Below, one piece after another: positions 46,502-54,843 of a stretch of 64,000 nt of DNA (position 1 is its first letter; every line of letters begins with the position of its first letter). The notes beneath the pieces were generated by a model. That model had not been told where the DNA came from. It saw nothing but the letters and a program-made list of their open reading frames with translations, and made no database searches. Source of the DNA: Planctomycetota bacterium (GTDB taxonomy: Bacteria > Planctomycetota > Planctomycetia > Planctomycetales > Planctomycetaceae); contig QWQG01000198.1 of the NCBI GenBank assembly GCA_003670925.1, positions 10,994 through 74,993 on the forward strand, written 5' to 3'. A program made the position numbers and the translations under genes.

Positions 46502-48514
46502 TCAATTCCCCTCATCAGACACACGAATTAATTGCTGCTCCGCCAGCCATTTGAGCGACTGCTTTTGCCATGCATCCCACATTGGTCCTTGATAACCGTT
46601 CAGACCGTGGCCGCCGGAAGGAAGTTCGAGGTACTTTGACGAAATCATGGCTGCCTGCAGAGCATCAAACAGAGCTTTGCTGTTGGTGCTCGGCACGGGC
46701 CCGTCGTCAACGGCATGCGTCAGAAACATGGGAGGCGATTTGTCAGTGACCTGCTTCTCGCCGGAGAATAAGTCCAGCAGTGCCTGCGACGGCATGGCAC
46801 CCAGCAGATTAGTCCGCGAACCTCCATGCGTCTTCTCACCCATCGTCACCACGGGATATACAAGCACGGCAAAGTCCGGGCGACTGCTCGGGCGGTCTAA
46901 CGGATCAACAGCGTCAAAATTGCCGGCGTCAAAATGAGTCGCCGCTGTGGATGCCAGATGGCCTCCAGCCGAAAAACCCATGATGCCGACCTGCGCAGGG
47001 TTGATCTGCCATTCGGCCGCCCGGGCACGCACAGTTCTAATTGCCCGCTGTGCGTCAAGCAACGGGACGAAGGCCCGACCAGCAGGCAGTCGATACTCTA
47101 GCACAATCCCGGCAATGCCATGCGTGTTCAACCATTCCGCGATCCCATGCCCTTCCGGGCCAGTGACAAGTCCACCGTATCCTCCACCAGGGCAGATTAC
47201 AATCGCCGAGCCACTGGGGTGTTTCGGCAAATGTACGGTGATCTGTGCTTCCGACATTTCGAAAGTCTTGTCGCCGTTGGGAGCATTCTCAGGCCACAAA
47301 CGCACGGCAAATGGTGCTTCAGGAAGTGGAACTGACGCTCCAGCATCTTTTGCTGGAACCAGCAACGCAGTCAACACTTGCGCGTAGACTCGATGGCCAA
47401 AATCGTTGGGATGATTGACACCATTACCGGTCAGATCCCAATCCAGTTTGCGGTTCAGCATTTCGGTCCACATGGCGGTCATGTCGGCCAATGCAATGCC
47501 GGGTTCAGTGAGTTCCTGCAGGGCGGCTTGGTACTGGGGAAACAGTTCGTGCTTCAGCGTGACCCAGTCGCGATTACCAAGCATCGTGGCAACCAGAATG
47601 AACTCGACCTGTGGTTGAGCTGCCCGGACAGCTTTGATCATTGCTAGCGTCGTAGCTTTGTATTCTTCGGCACTCACACCTGCCGAATCATTCATGCCAA
47701 ATGCCAAGACAACAAGGTCCGGCTTGGCGGCAACAACGTCGGGAATCTGGGTCAATCCCCATGGGGTTGCCGTGCCGCCCACAGCTAGGTTGGTGAGTGT
47801 GATGTGGGGCGAATATGTCTGCTTCAAGTGCTCCAGCAGCAAGTCTTGGTAAGGTGGCTGATGAGGGCTGCTGTTGGCCCAGCCAGATGCGTTGCAACCC
47901 GTGGAGATGCTGTCACCGAGCAGTACGATGGAAACAGCCTCTTTGTGTTGCAGCTTCTGAATCGTCTTCGACAAGGCCTTCTCATCAAACATGGGTGCGG
48001 ATGGCCATTGCTCGCTGGCATGCCGATAGCTGATGCAGACCTGCATTTCATGGTACTCAGCCCCTCCTGCAAAAAAAATCTCGCCGTTCCCGTCGCGATG
48101 CGTCAGTCTATGCTTCTGAGAACCTGCCGGACGCCGTAATTGATCGCGCGTGAACGCCGGAATTCGCGAGTCCCTCGGAAGCGTGATCTCACGCGACCCC
48201 GCCGTCACCACGTAATCCCGCCCTGCCTCATATTTTATGCCACTCGGCATGCGCCAATCCACGGCGCGAGTCACGCTCTGCACATCCAGAACGGGAAACA
48301 GCAGTTGGGCTTTTGCTTCGCCCGTTGCAGGGTCTTTAATAAACAGCACGGATTCACCATCCACGGTGTCGCCTAGCCAGAACGGCCGCATCAACTCGCC
48401 ATCATACGCCCACACAACTGGCGCGACACTTTCATCTGCGAGCAGCCTCGGATTCAGCAGCGACGTGATGTTGAGGATCGTCATCCAAATAGCAAACGCG
48501 GTGCAGCTCTTCAT
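46502..48514 (-). CDS. Secreted fusion: SGNH/GDSL hydrolase + alpha/beta-hydrolase esterase
   Basis: Internal ATG (complement 48512-48514) with a signal peptide. SGNH blocks LLGDSIS, AFGMND, NHPNDFGH. C-terminal esterase motifs CPGGGYGG and GFSAGGH. Confidence 0.8.
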   Translation of the reverse strand: MKSCTAFAIWMTILNITSLLNPRLLADESVAPVVWAYDGELMRPFWLGDTVDGESVLFIKDPATGEAKAQLLFPVLDVQSVTRAVDWRMPSGIKYEAGRDYVVTAGSREITLPRDSRIPAFTRDQLRRPAGSQKHRLTHRDGNGEIFFAGGAEYHEMQVCISYRHASEQWPSAPMFDEKALSKTIQKLQHKEAVSIVLLGDSISTGCNASGWANSSPHQPPYQDLLLEHLKQTYSPHITLTNLAVGGTATPWGLTQIPDVVAAKPDLVVLAFGMNDSAGVSAEEYKATTLAMIKAVRAAQPQVEFILVATMLGNRDWVTLKHELFPQYQAALQELTEPGIALADMTAMWTEMLNRKLDWDLTGNGVNHPNDFGHRVYAQVLTALLVPAKDAGASVPLPEAPFAVRLWPENAPNGDKTFEMSEAQITVHLPKHPSGSAIVICPGGGYGGLVTGPEGHGIAEWLNTHGIAGIVLEYRLPAGRAFVPLLDAQRAIRTVRARAAEWQINPAQVGIMGFSAGGHLASTAATHFDAGNFDAVDPLDRPSSRPDFAVLVYPVVTMGEKTHGGSRTNLLGAMPSQALLDLFSGEKQVTDKSPPMFLTHAVDDGPVPSTNSKALFDALQAAMISSKYLELPSGGHGLNGYQGPMWDAWQKQSLKWLAEQQLIRVSDEGN

Positions 48515-48811
48515 CAGAACTCTTTCAAGATTGAATGACACGAAGTCGTCGTCACTCTCCGCGTGACGCAGTTCCCGTTGCTGCGTGAATCCGATGATTT
48601 CAGCACAGGCACGGGTTACGCCACATAATGACAAACTTTCATGGGGATGAAAGCCAACACCCGTCCCGCCGTCGCAAAAAACTGCAGCCTGAAAAGAGTC
48701 ACATTGAAGTCGCGCCTAAACCATGCCATGGATGGTAAACAGCAACAGCATGCGATCCGAAGCTCCGCGAGAAGCCACTATCACCCCTGGCAAAAACACA
48801 GAAAAACCAAG

Positions 48812-48898
48812 CGGAGAGGGAGGGATTTGAACCCTCGGAACCCTTGCGGGTTCACCGGTTTTCGAGACCGGCACGATCGGCCACTCTGTCACCTCTCC
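48812..48898 (-). tRNA. tRNA-Ser (anticodon CGA)
   Basis: The reverse complement folds as a cloverleaf. Acceptor GGAGAGG/CCTCTCC, anticodon stem CCGGT/ACCGG with loop CTCGAAA, a long variable arm GAACCC-GCAA-GGGTTC, and T arm GAGGG-TTCAAAT-CCCTC. No CCA is encoded. Confidence 0.93.
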
Positions 48899-49071
48899 GG
48901 GTTTGCCAGCTGCCTCTGGAGAGACAACTGCGCCCCGCGTGAATTCCGGATCAAGTATGATAAACTCGAAAATCACTCAGCGATAGTGTCCCGACATGTT
49001 CCCCCAATTCGAAAAACGGGTTAGCCATGGAGCCGAAATTGAGTCGCCATTAAAAACATCAGAAGTTAACG

Positions 49072-49100
49072 TTGACAGTAAGTAGCAACTTGACTATCTT
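49072..49100 (+). promoter_or_regulatory. Candidate promoter of the XRE gene (TTGACA-17 nt-TATCTT)
   Basis: The -35 box TTGACA is at 49072-49077 and the -10-like TATCTT at 49095-49100, 75 nt upstream of the ATG. The -35 box overlaps a TTGACAG motif copy. Confidence 0.35.
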
Positions 49101-49174
49101 CCGCCGCGTGATAGTCCTCAAAAAATTCGGTCCGGAAGAGGCCGAAGTTTGACAGCATTCGAGGGAGCGATTGG

Positions 49175-49528
49175 ATGGACACCATTGGACAGCGGATCAG
49201 AGAAATCCGCAAAAGCCGCAATCTGACGCAGCGTGAACTTGCCGATCGCGTCGGCATTAATTTCACCTATTTAAGCCGTGTTGAGAACGACCGCTTGGAT
49301 GACGAGCAGACTCCGCGAGAAGAGACAATCCAGAGAATTGCCAAAGCGTTGCATACTGACCCTGATGAACTCCTGTTGCTGGCTAGGAGAATTCCAGACG
49401 CTTACCGCGACCGCATTTTGGCACGTCCGGGAGTGTTTCGGAAACTCCTGAATTTATCCGACACAGCGTTGGAAGAAATGTTGCGGCAGATTGAACAGCA
49501 ATCGGGCCGTTCGCCTTCGTCCCGCTGA
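49175..49528 (+). CDS. XRE-family helix-turn-helix transcriptional regulator
   Basis: GAGGGAG lies upstream of the ATG. The HTH is IGQRIREIRKSRNLTQRELADRVGINFTYLSRVENDR. Confidence 0.85.
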   Translation: MDTIGQRIREIRKSRNLTQRELADRVGINFTYLSRVENDRLDDEQTPREETIQRIAKALHTDPDELLLLARRIPDAYRDRILARPGVFRKLLNLSDTALEEMLRQIEQQSGRSPSSR

Positions 49529-49629
49529 AGTCTTTGATGTTTTGCAGATGTCTTTCGTCGCAGGATTCGAGTCCGAATTGTGCGGCAGCGTTCGAAGATG
49601 AACGCTTCTAATCGCAGGGAGTACTCCTC

Positions 49630-50370
49630 GTGAGACGCCATGACCTGACCAACATGAGAACGCGCACCATCGATGGAATTACCGGCATGCGCATTCGTCA
49701 GTATGAACAGCTGACTGGTGCGCCGGTGATGTTCCCAGTCCCAATTGAGAAAATTGTCGAGCGAATTCTGGGCCTAGATTTTGACTGGATTGAAATCGAA
49801 GAGCAGACCGGCGAGCAGATCTTGGGAGGACTAATCCCGGAAGAACGACGAATTGTGCTCAACAGCCGACATCTAGCACTGTTTCAGTCAAAGCCGGGGC
49901 TAGAACGCAGTACGGTCGGCCATGAAGCTGGACATTGGGATATTGATATTGATCGGACGAGTCTGCATCATCCGCGACTTCCTGGCTTTGACCTTCAACC
50001 CTCTGTTGTGCGAAGACATGCGATGGATCGGCATGTGCTTGTTGAAGTCCTGAACCGTGCCGCCTACGACGATCGATATTTCGAATTGTATCGGGAACTG
50101 ACCGCTGGTCAGGATTCTCCGGAAGTAAGGAGCGCGGTCGATCGATATCAGTCTTCGTTGCTCATGCCGGAATGGCTGATCAAAGCGGCGGTGAAAAGCA
50201 TGGACGTAAAATCGTGGCCCGCACTCTATGAACTCGCCACACTCGCCCAAGTCACTATTTCTAATCTCATCGTGCGACTGCATCGCCTAGATATCATCTA
50301 CATCCCGGAAGGGACGCGCGATGTGTACGCAGGTCGCGATGACTTCACCGGCCAGAAACACCTCTTTTAG
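49630..50370 (+). CDS. ImmA/IrrE (COG2856) family metallo-endopeptidase
   Basis: GTG start 8 nt after AGGGAG. The Zn motif is HEAGHWDID, with LLMPEWL downstream. Confidence 0.85.
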   Translation: MRRHDLTNMRTRTIDGITGMRIRQYEQLTGAPVMFPVPIEKIVERILGLDFDWIEIEEQTGEQILGGLIPEERRIVLNSRHLALFQSKPGLERSTVGHEAGHWDIDIDRTSLHHPRLPGFDLQPSVVRRHAMDRHVLVEVLNRAAYDDRYFELYRELTAGQDSPEVRSAVDRYQSSLLMPEWLIKAAVKSMDVKSWPALYELATLAQVTISNLIVRLHRLDIIYIPEGTRDVYAGRDDFTGQKHLF

Positions 50371-50385
50371 TTTTCAGTTGAGTAG

Positions 50386-50411
50386 CGAAGAGAGCGTCTC
50401 TTCGTTTTTTT
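50386..50411 (+). terminator. Rho-independent terminator after the ImmA-like gene
   Basis: The stem CGAAGAGA / TCTCTTCG is followed by seven T. Confidence 0.75.
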
Positions 50412-50420
50412 GGAATGTAA

Positions 50421-50439
50421 GTTGACAGTTTCTGTCAAC
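50421..50439. promoter_or_regulatory. Perfect palindrome GTTGACAG-TTT-CTGTCAAC (candidate operator) upstream of csrA
   Basis: Read directly from the sequence, 27 nt upstream of the csrA ATG. It shares TTGACAG with two sites upstream of the XRE gene. Confidence 0.5.
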
Positions 50440-50465
50440 AAGCAGCTTTCAGACGGAGTTGAACC

Positions 50466-50681
50466 ATGCTTGTGTTGTCGCGCAAAATTCAGGAACAGAT
50501 TTTAATCCCGGAGTTCAATATCCGCCTCACGATTCTGAGCGTCGGAAAGAACCGCGTCCAGTTGGGGATTGAGGCCCCCAAAGGAATTCAGATTACGAGA
50601 CCCGAAACAACAAGGCAAACTGGGGAAGGAGTCGAGCAGCAGGTTTTTGAAGTCCAATGCGTTGAAATGGCAGCATTTTAA
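50466..50681 (+). CDS. csrA: Carbon storage regulator CsrA homologue
   Basis: GGAG sits 8 nt before the ATG. The product MLVLSRKIQEQILIPEFNIRLTILSVGKNRVQLGIEAPKGIQITRPE has the typical CsrA fold signature. Confidence 0.9.
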   Translation: MLVLSRKIQEQILIPEFNIRLTILSVGKNRVQLGIEAPKGIQITRPETTRQTGEGVEQQVFEVQCVEMAAF

Positions 50682-50975
50682 GGCATTTGACGGATCTTCG
50701 AGAGGATGCATTCATTCAAATCCCGCCTATGATAAGTCTTCCCTATCTTTGCAATCCGCGCAGGTTGTAACGACCGTATCGATTGAGCCCATTGGATCTG
50801 CATGGTATTTTGGGTGATTCGCAGAGCATCCGGCAAGTATGTTGACTTTTCGGAAACGATCAGTTGTGTGTGTTGCTTTGCAAATCGGCGATCTGCCGGT
50901 CGTGCACGACGATAAGAGATTTAGCAAATTGCTGCAATTGCCTTTGGTAGCGAAGGCATAACTTAGGGAGAACAC

Positions 50976-53108
50976 ATGCGAGTCATTACTGTCTTGCGCC
51001 AACGCCGAGTCGGACGGGCTGTCGGTGCATTATTCATTACGGCATCCTTGTTGGCCGGCTCCGCCGTCTTTCCAACGACTCTGGAGGCCACTTCGGAAGC
51101 ACCATTCGCGCAAGTTTTCGAGCTAAAAGTACCGGCCGATATTACTGAAGAATCGATTGAAGCCATCGACGCTGAGCTCGCAAAAGTTGCTGGGCCGCTT
51201 CTCCGCACGCTCTTTGACGTAAAACAATCAGCTGCTGAACGCCAACAAGCGGCGACTGAACTTCGCGCGCTGGCAAATACTATTTCCGCGGAGACGCCCG
51301 AGAAAGATTCGCTGAAACGTCGATTACAGCGGCGCGTAGAGTTAGTATCTGCGGCGATTGCGGCTGCGGGAACGAGTAGCGATTCAGCTGCCCCAAATCT
51401 TACGACTGCCGCGGCAACAACAGTGCAATGGTTGAATCTGATTGGAAATGGTGCCACGTGGATTGCATATCTGCATCTTGATGATCTGCAGAAGCCCGAC
51501 GTCAGCGGCGATGTGCTCGGCCAAGTCTCAAGAAATTTGACACTGTCGGATGCCATGGATGCGGGTCAGAAAGCTTTTGCTTCAAAGCCGCAGTTGCAGC
51601 AACTCAAGATGGCAGTTGACAAAGCTATCCGCCGAATCGCTTACGCCAACGACGCCGAAGCAGGTCAGGGCGAACTGCAATATCAGATGGATCTGCTGAT
51701 TCAGTCCCTTTTGGACTACGAGCATGATCAACTGGGATCGCATGCAGCGAATGCGCGGTTGGCATGGCGGGCGTTGCGCAGTGATTTCCCGGCTGCGGCC
51801 GAGTTATTGCGGACAGTCGTGAACGATAATTACTTCAATCACAACCTCCATTTTGTTGTATCGGAAGATCTGCTGTCGCGATTGATTTCTGATTATCGCA
51901 CGGAATCTGGCAACATTGCCGAATGCATTTTGGGAGCGTGGGTGACGGGATCGCAGGATACGACCATCAATTTGAAGGCCGACATTAAGCCCTCCAGTGA
52001 TCGAGCGATGTTCGATCTGAGTGTCGCGGGTAACGTGCAATCCAGCACAGTGGCCCAGAAGAGTCCGGCGACGGTCTGGTCACAAGGCAACAATAATTTT
52101 TGGATGACTAAATCTGTGCAGTTCGATGGTCATCACATCAAGAGCTCGGCGGCGAATTTCAGTGTGGATACCAACAGTCGAGTTACGGGACTTGCCACGG
52201 AGTACGACGGTATTCCGATCATTCGTGGCATTGTACGAGGTATTGCCTCACAGCAAATCGCTGCAAGCAAGCCGCAATCAGAAGCTCTAACGGCGCAGAA
52301 AATTCGCGAAACCGCGTTGCCAAAGTTTGAAAGCGAAACAAATACACAGTTTTCGACCGGCAATGACACGTTAGACAAAATGTTTGCCTCACTGGCACGC
52401 AAGGATGTGTCTCCGGACAGTATCAGTGCTCGTTCCAGCAACACGCACATGGCACTCAGTTCACGCACGATTGGTAGTTCGCGTCTGGGTGGTTCGATGC
52501 AGCCACCGTCTGCCTTGATAGCAACGGGTGCCGCTGTGCAGTTGCATGAAAGTGCTTTGAACAACGCCATCGACGCGCTCGGCCTGCAGGGCCGCACAAT
52601 CCTTGAAAAAGATTTGGCCAAGGAACTGGAAGTGGCTCTGACCGATCTATTTCAACGCGAAATCAGCTTAACTAAAAAGGACGACCCTCAGCCTGCAGTC
52701 GCAGAGGGTGAACCTGAACCTCCGACGTCGTTTGTGTTCAGTTCCTCTGATCCGGTCCGCGTCCACTTCAATCACAATCAGATTACGCTTGTCTTGCGAG
52801 CCGGTGTAATCCAAGAAGGCAAAGATGCAATTCCTGAGCAGATCATCAGCATCCCAATCGCCATGTCGTTGCAGGGTGGAAAAGTCGTGCTCGAGCCAGG
52901 CACAATTGGCGTGGCTAGCAAAGAAGAAGCAGACCGCTTGAAGCAGATCACCCGCGCGAATCAAATCCGTCGCATCTTGGGACGCCGCATGATTCGCCGT
53001 GAACTGAGTGCGACGATTGATCTTCAGGCCGCTGGCGACAAGACGCTACCTCTGACAGTGTCCATGATTCAGCTGATCGATGGGTGGTTATCAGCAGAAA
53101 TGATGTAG
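50976..53108 (+). CDS. Secreted protein of unknown function (710 aa)
   Basis: AGGGAG sits 5 nt before the ATG. Signal-like segment AVGALFITASLLAGSAVFP. The first third is helical and the remainder beta-rich. No motif I can name. Confidence 0.7.
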   Translation: MRVITVLRQRRVGRAVGALFITASLLAGSAVFPTTLEATSEAPFAQVFELKVPADITEESIEAIDAELAKVAGPLLRTLFDVKQSAAERQQAATELRALANTISAETPEKDSLKRRLQRRVELVSAAIAAAGTSSDSAAPNLTTAAATTVQWLNLIGNGATWIAYLHLDDLQKPDVSGDVLGQVSRNLTLSDAMDAGQKAFASKPQLQQLKMAVDKAIRRIAYANDAEAGQGELQYQMDLLIQSLLDYEHDQLGSHAANARLAWRALRSDFPAAAELLRTVVNDNYFNHNLHFVVSEDLLSRLISDYRTESGNIAECILGAWVTGSQDTTINLKADIKPSSDRAMFDLSVAGNVQSSTVAQKSPATVWSQGNNNFWMTKSVQFDGHHIKSSAANFSVDTNSRVTGLATEYDGIPIIRGIVRGIASQQIAASKPQSEALTAQKIRETALPKFESETNTQFSTGNDTLDKMFASLARKDVSPDSISARSSNTHMALSSRTIGSSRLGGSMQPPSALIATGAAVQLHESALNNAIDALGLQGRTILEKDLAKELEVALTDLFQREISLTKKDDPQPAVAEGEPEPPTSFVFSSSDPVRVHFNHNQITLVLRAGVIQEGKDAIPEQIISIPIAMSLQGGKVVLEPGTIGVASKEEADRLKQITRANQIRRILGRRMIRRELSATIDLQAAGDKTLPLTVSMIQLIDGWLSAEMM

Positions 53109-53130
53109 CTCTTCCAAAACCCGGTACCCA

Positions 53131-53177
53131 GAAAAACAACAACCTCGGGGACATATCCCCGGGGTTGTGTTTTTGTT
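53131..53177. terminator. Bidirectional rho-independent terminator
   Basis: A 13-bp stem (53139-53151 / 53156-53168, one G-U pair) with loop CATA. It is flanked by an A-run on the left and a T-run on the right, between convergent genes. Confidence 0.75.
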
Positions 53178-53263
53178 GATCAATGCACATTCGGCTGGCT
53201 CATTACCGGTCCCAAAGATCACGGTGTTCGGTCGGTGCATTGGAACGTAGGGGCGGAGCCAAC

Positions 53264-54685
53264 TTAGGTCTTGCGACGATGCTTCGTGCCGTCAAACGTT
53301 TCATGTCGGCGGCGTTGGCGGGACCGCAGTTCTTCGTTTGTCCCTGCGCAGACCACTTCATACAGCACAGCGCGGGCATTGCCACTGCGGCGAAGGATGC
53401 GGCCTAGTCGTTGACGAGCTTGGCGGGATGATGCCATGCCACCGATCACAATCGCCACTTTCGCAGCCGGAACATCGACGCCTTCGTCCAGTACCTGATT
53501 GGCCACAATCGCCGGATAATCGCCCGCGGCGAAACCTTCCAGGATCTCCAGTCGTTCTTTCTTGCCGCAATGATTCAAGAGGCAGGGAATCAGGAACCGC
53601 AATGACACATCCCGCGCCATCGCGTTTGACCCGGCAAATACAATGCAGCGATCTCCTGCGTGCAGGCGAAACAGGTCTTCCAGTGTTTTGAGCTTCTCTT
53701 CCGCACGATCTTCAATCGCGCGCTTGGCGTGATAAGACTTGAGCGCGCGCCGCGAATCATGAGAGACCGCACTTTCGGCACAGACGTCTTCCCAGGAGAA
53801 CATCGGATTCTCCTTCCTCTGTTCGGACATGTAGCTGCGGACCTCTTCGGAAAGCAGATCGTAGCGTTTTTGTTCGCCATCGTTCAGATGCACGGGGATG
53901 CGGACGATATCGTAGTCCGCCAGCGATTTGCCTTTCACCTCGCCGATCGGCAGTTCATAAACGATAGGCCCGATGAGTTCGTGAAGATCTGCATGACGAC
54001 CGTCCGCGCGTTCGGGCGTCGCGGTCAGCCCAAGTCGGGCAGGAGCGACACACATCCGCGCAGCATCACGGCGGATTTGACCTGGCAGATGATGACACTC
54101 GTCGAAAATAATCAAGCCGAACCGATTGCCCAGCGATTGCATGTGAATGCACGCACTGTCGTACGTAGTGACAGAAACTGGCTGCACGCGGAACACATTG
54201 TCGCCGATGATTCCCGCGTCATAACTCAGGCAACGCAAAATCCGGCGATGCCATTGATACATTAGGTCGCGTACGGGAGAAACAATCAAGGTGGCGACTT
54301 TCGTGCGTTGCATAATCGACAGCGCAACCTCAGTCTTCCCCGTGCCGGTTGGCATGACAACGCAACCAGCCTGACCGGCCTCCATCCATGCGTCAACCGC
54401 CTGCAATTGCTCGGGACGCAGTTCGTGCAATTCTTCGGCTTTCCACCGCACTTCTTGCCAATCAGCAACATCATCTGCAAACTGAATTCGCCGTCGCTGC
54501 AGTTCCTTAACTACCTGTGTGTAGTGAATGGCATCGCAACGCGCGGCCCCGATCCTCGCATCGGTGACCCAAAATAGTTTGCCAAACCAAGCGTCCAGTT
54601 TCGACACGGGAATGCCGGACAGAATCAGTGTTCCACCGGCAAATACGAGTCGCGCGACACCGCCAAGCTGAGCACGATCCGACAT
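53264..54685 (-). CDS. XPB/ERCC3(Rad25)-like SF2 DNA helicase
   Basis: The internal ATG (complement 54683-54685) follows GGGAG. N-terminal damage-recognition-like module LVFAGGTLILSG. Helicase motifs PTGTGKT, DECHH, LGLTATPER, QRLGRILR. Confidence 0.85.
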   Translation of the reverse strand: MSDRAQLGGVARLVFAGGTLILSGIPVSKLDAWFGKLFWVTDARIGAARCDAIHYTQVVKELQRRRIQFADDVADWQEVRWKAEELHELRPEQLQAVDAWMEAGQAGCVVMPTGTGKTEVALSIMQRTKVATLIVSPVRDLMYQWHRRILRCLSYDAGIIGDNVFRVQPVSVTTYDSACIHMQSLGNRFGLIIFDECHHLPGQIRRDAARMCVAPARLGLTATPERADGRHADLHELIGPIVYELPIGEVKGKSLADYDIVRIPVHLNDGEQKRYDLLSEEVRSYMSEQRKENPMFSWEDVCAESAVSHDSRRALKSYHAKRAIEDRAEEKLKTLEDLFRLHAGDRCIVFAGSNAMARDVSLRFLIPCLLNHCGKKERLEILEGFAAGDYPAIVANQVLDEGVDVPAAKVAIVIGGMASSRQARQRLGRILRRSGNARAVLYEVVCAGTNEELRSRQRRRHETFDGTKHRRKT

Positions 54686-54843
54686 CACAACTCCCACGGG
54701 AATCCGGCGCCCCGACGATGAACCGCATGGACTGAATCTATCAGGATCGGCAGCGGAAAAGTTGGATCGGATTGTGACATAAACATGCCCCGGATCCAAG
54801 GGGAACCGCTGTTCGCTAGCAAATCCAGCTGAGTGCTGATGGA

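Noticed and set aside
48641-49024. 127-aa plus-strand ORF and 86-aa minus-strand ORF spanning the tRNA-Ser locus.
   Set aside because: Both overlap the tRNA gene itself and have no motifs, so they are artefacts of the ORF scan.
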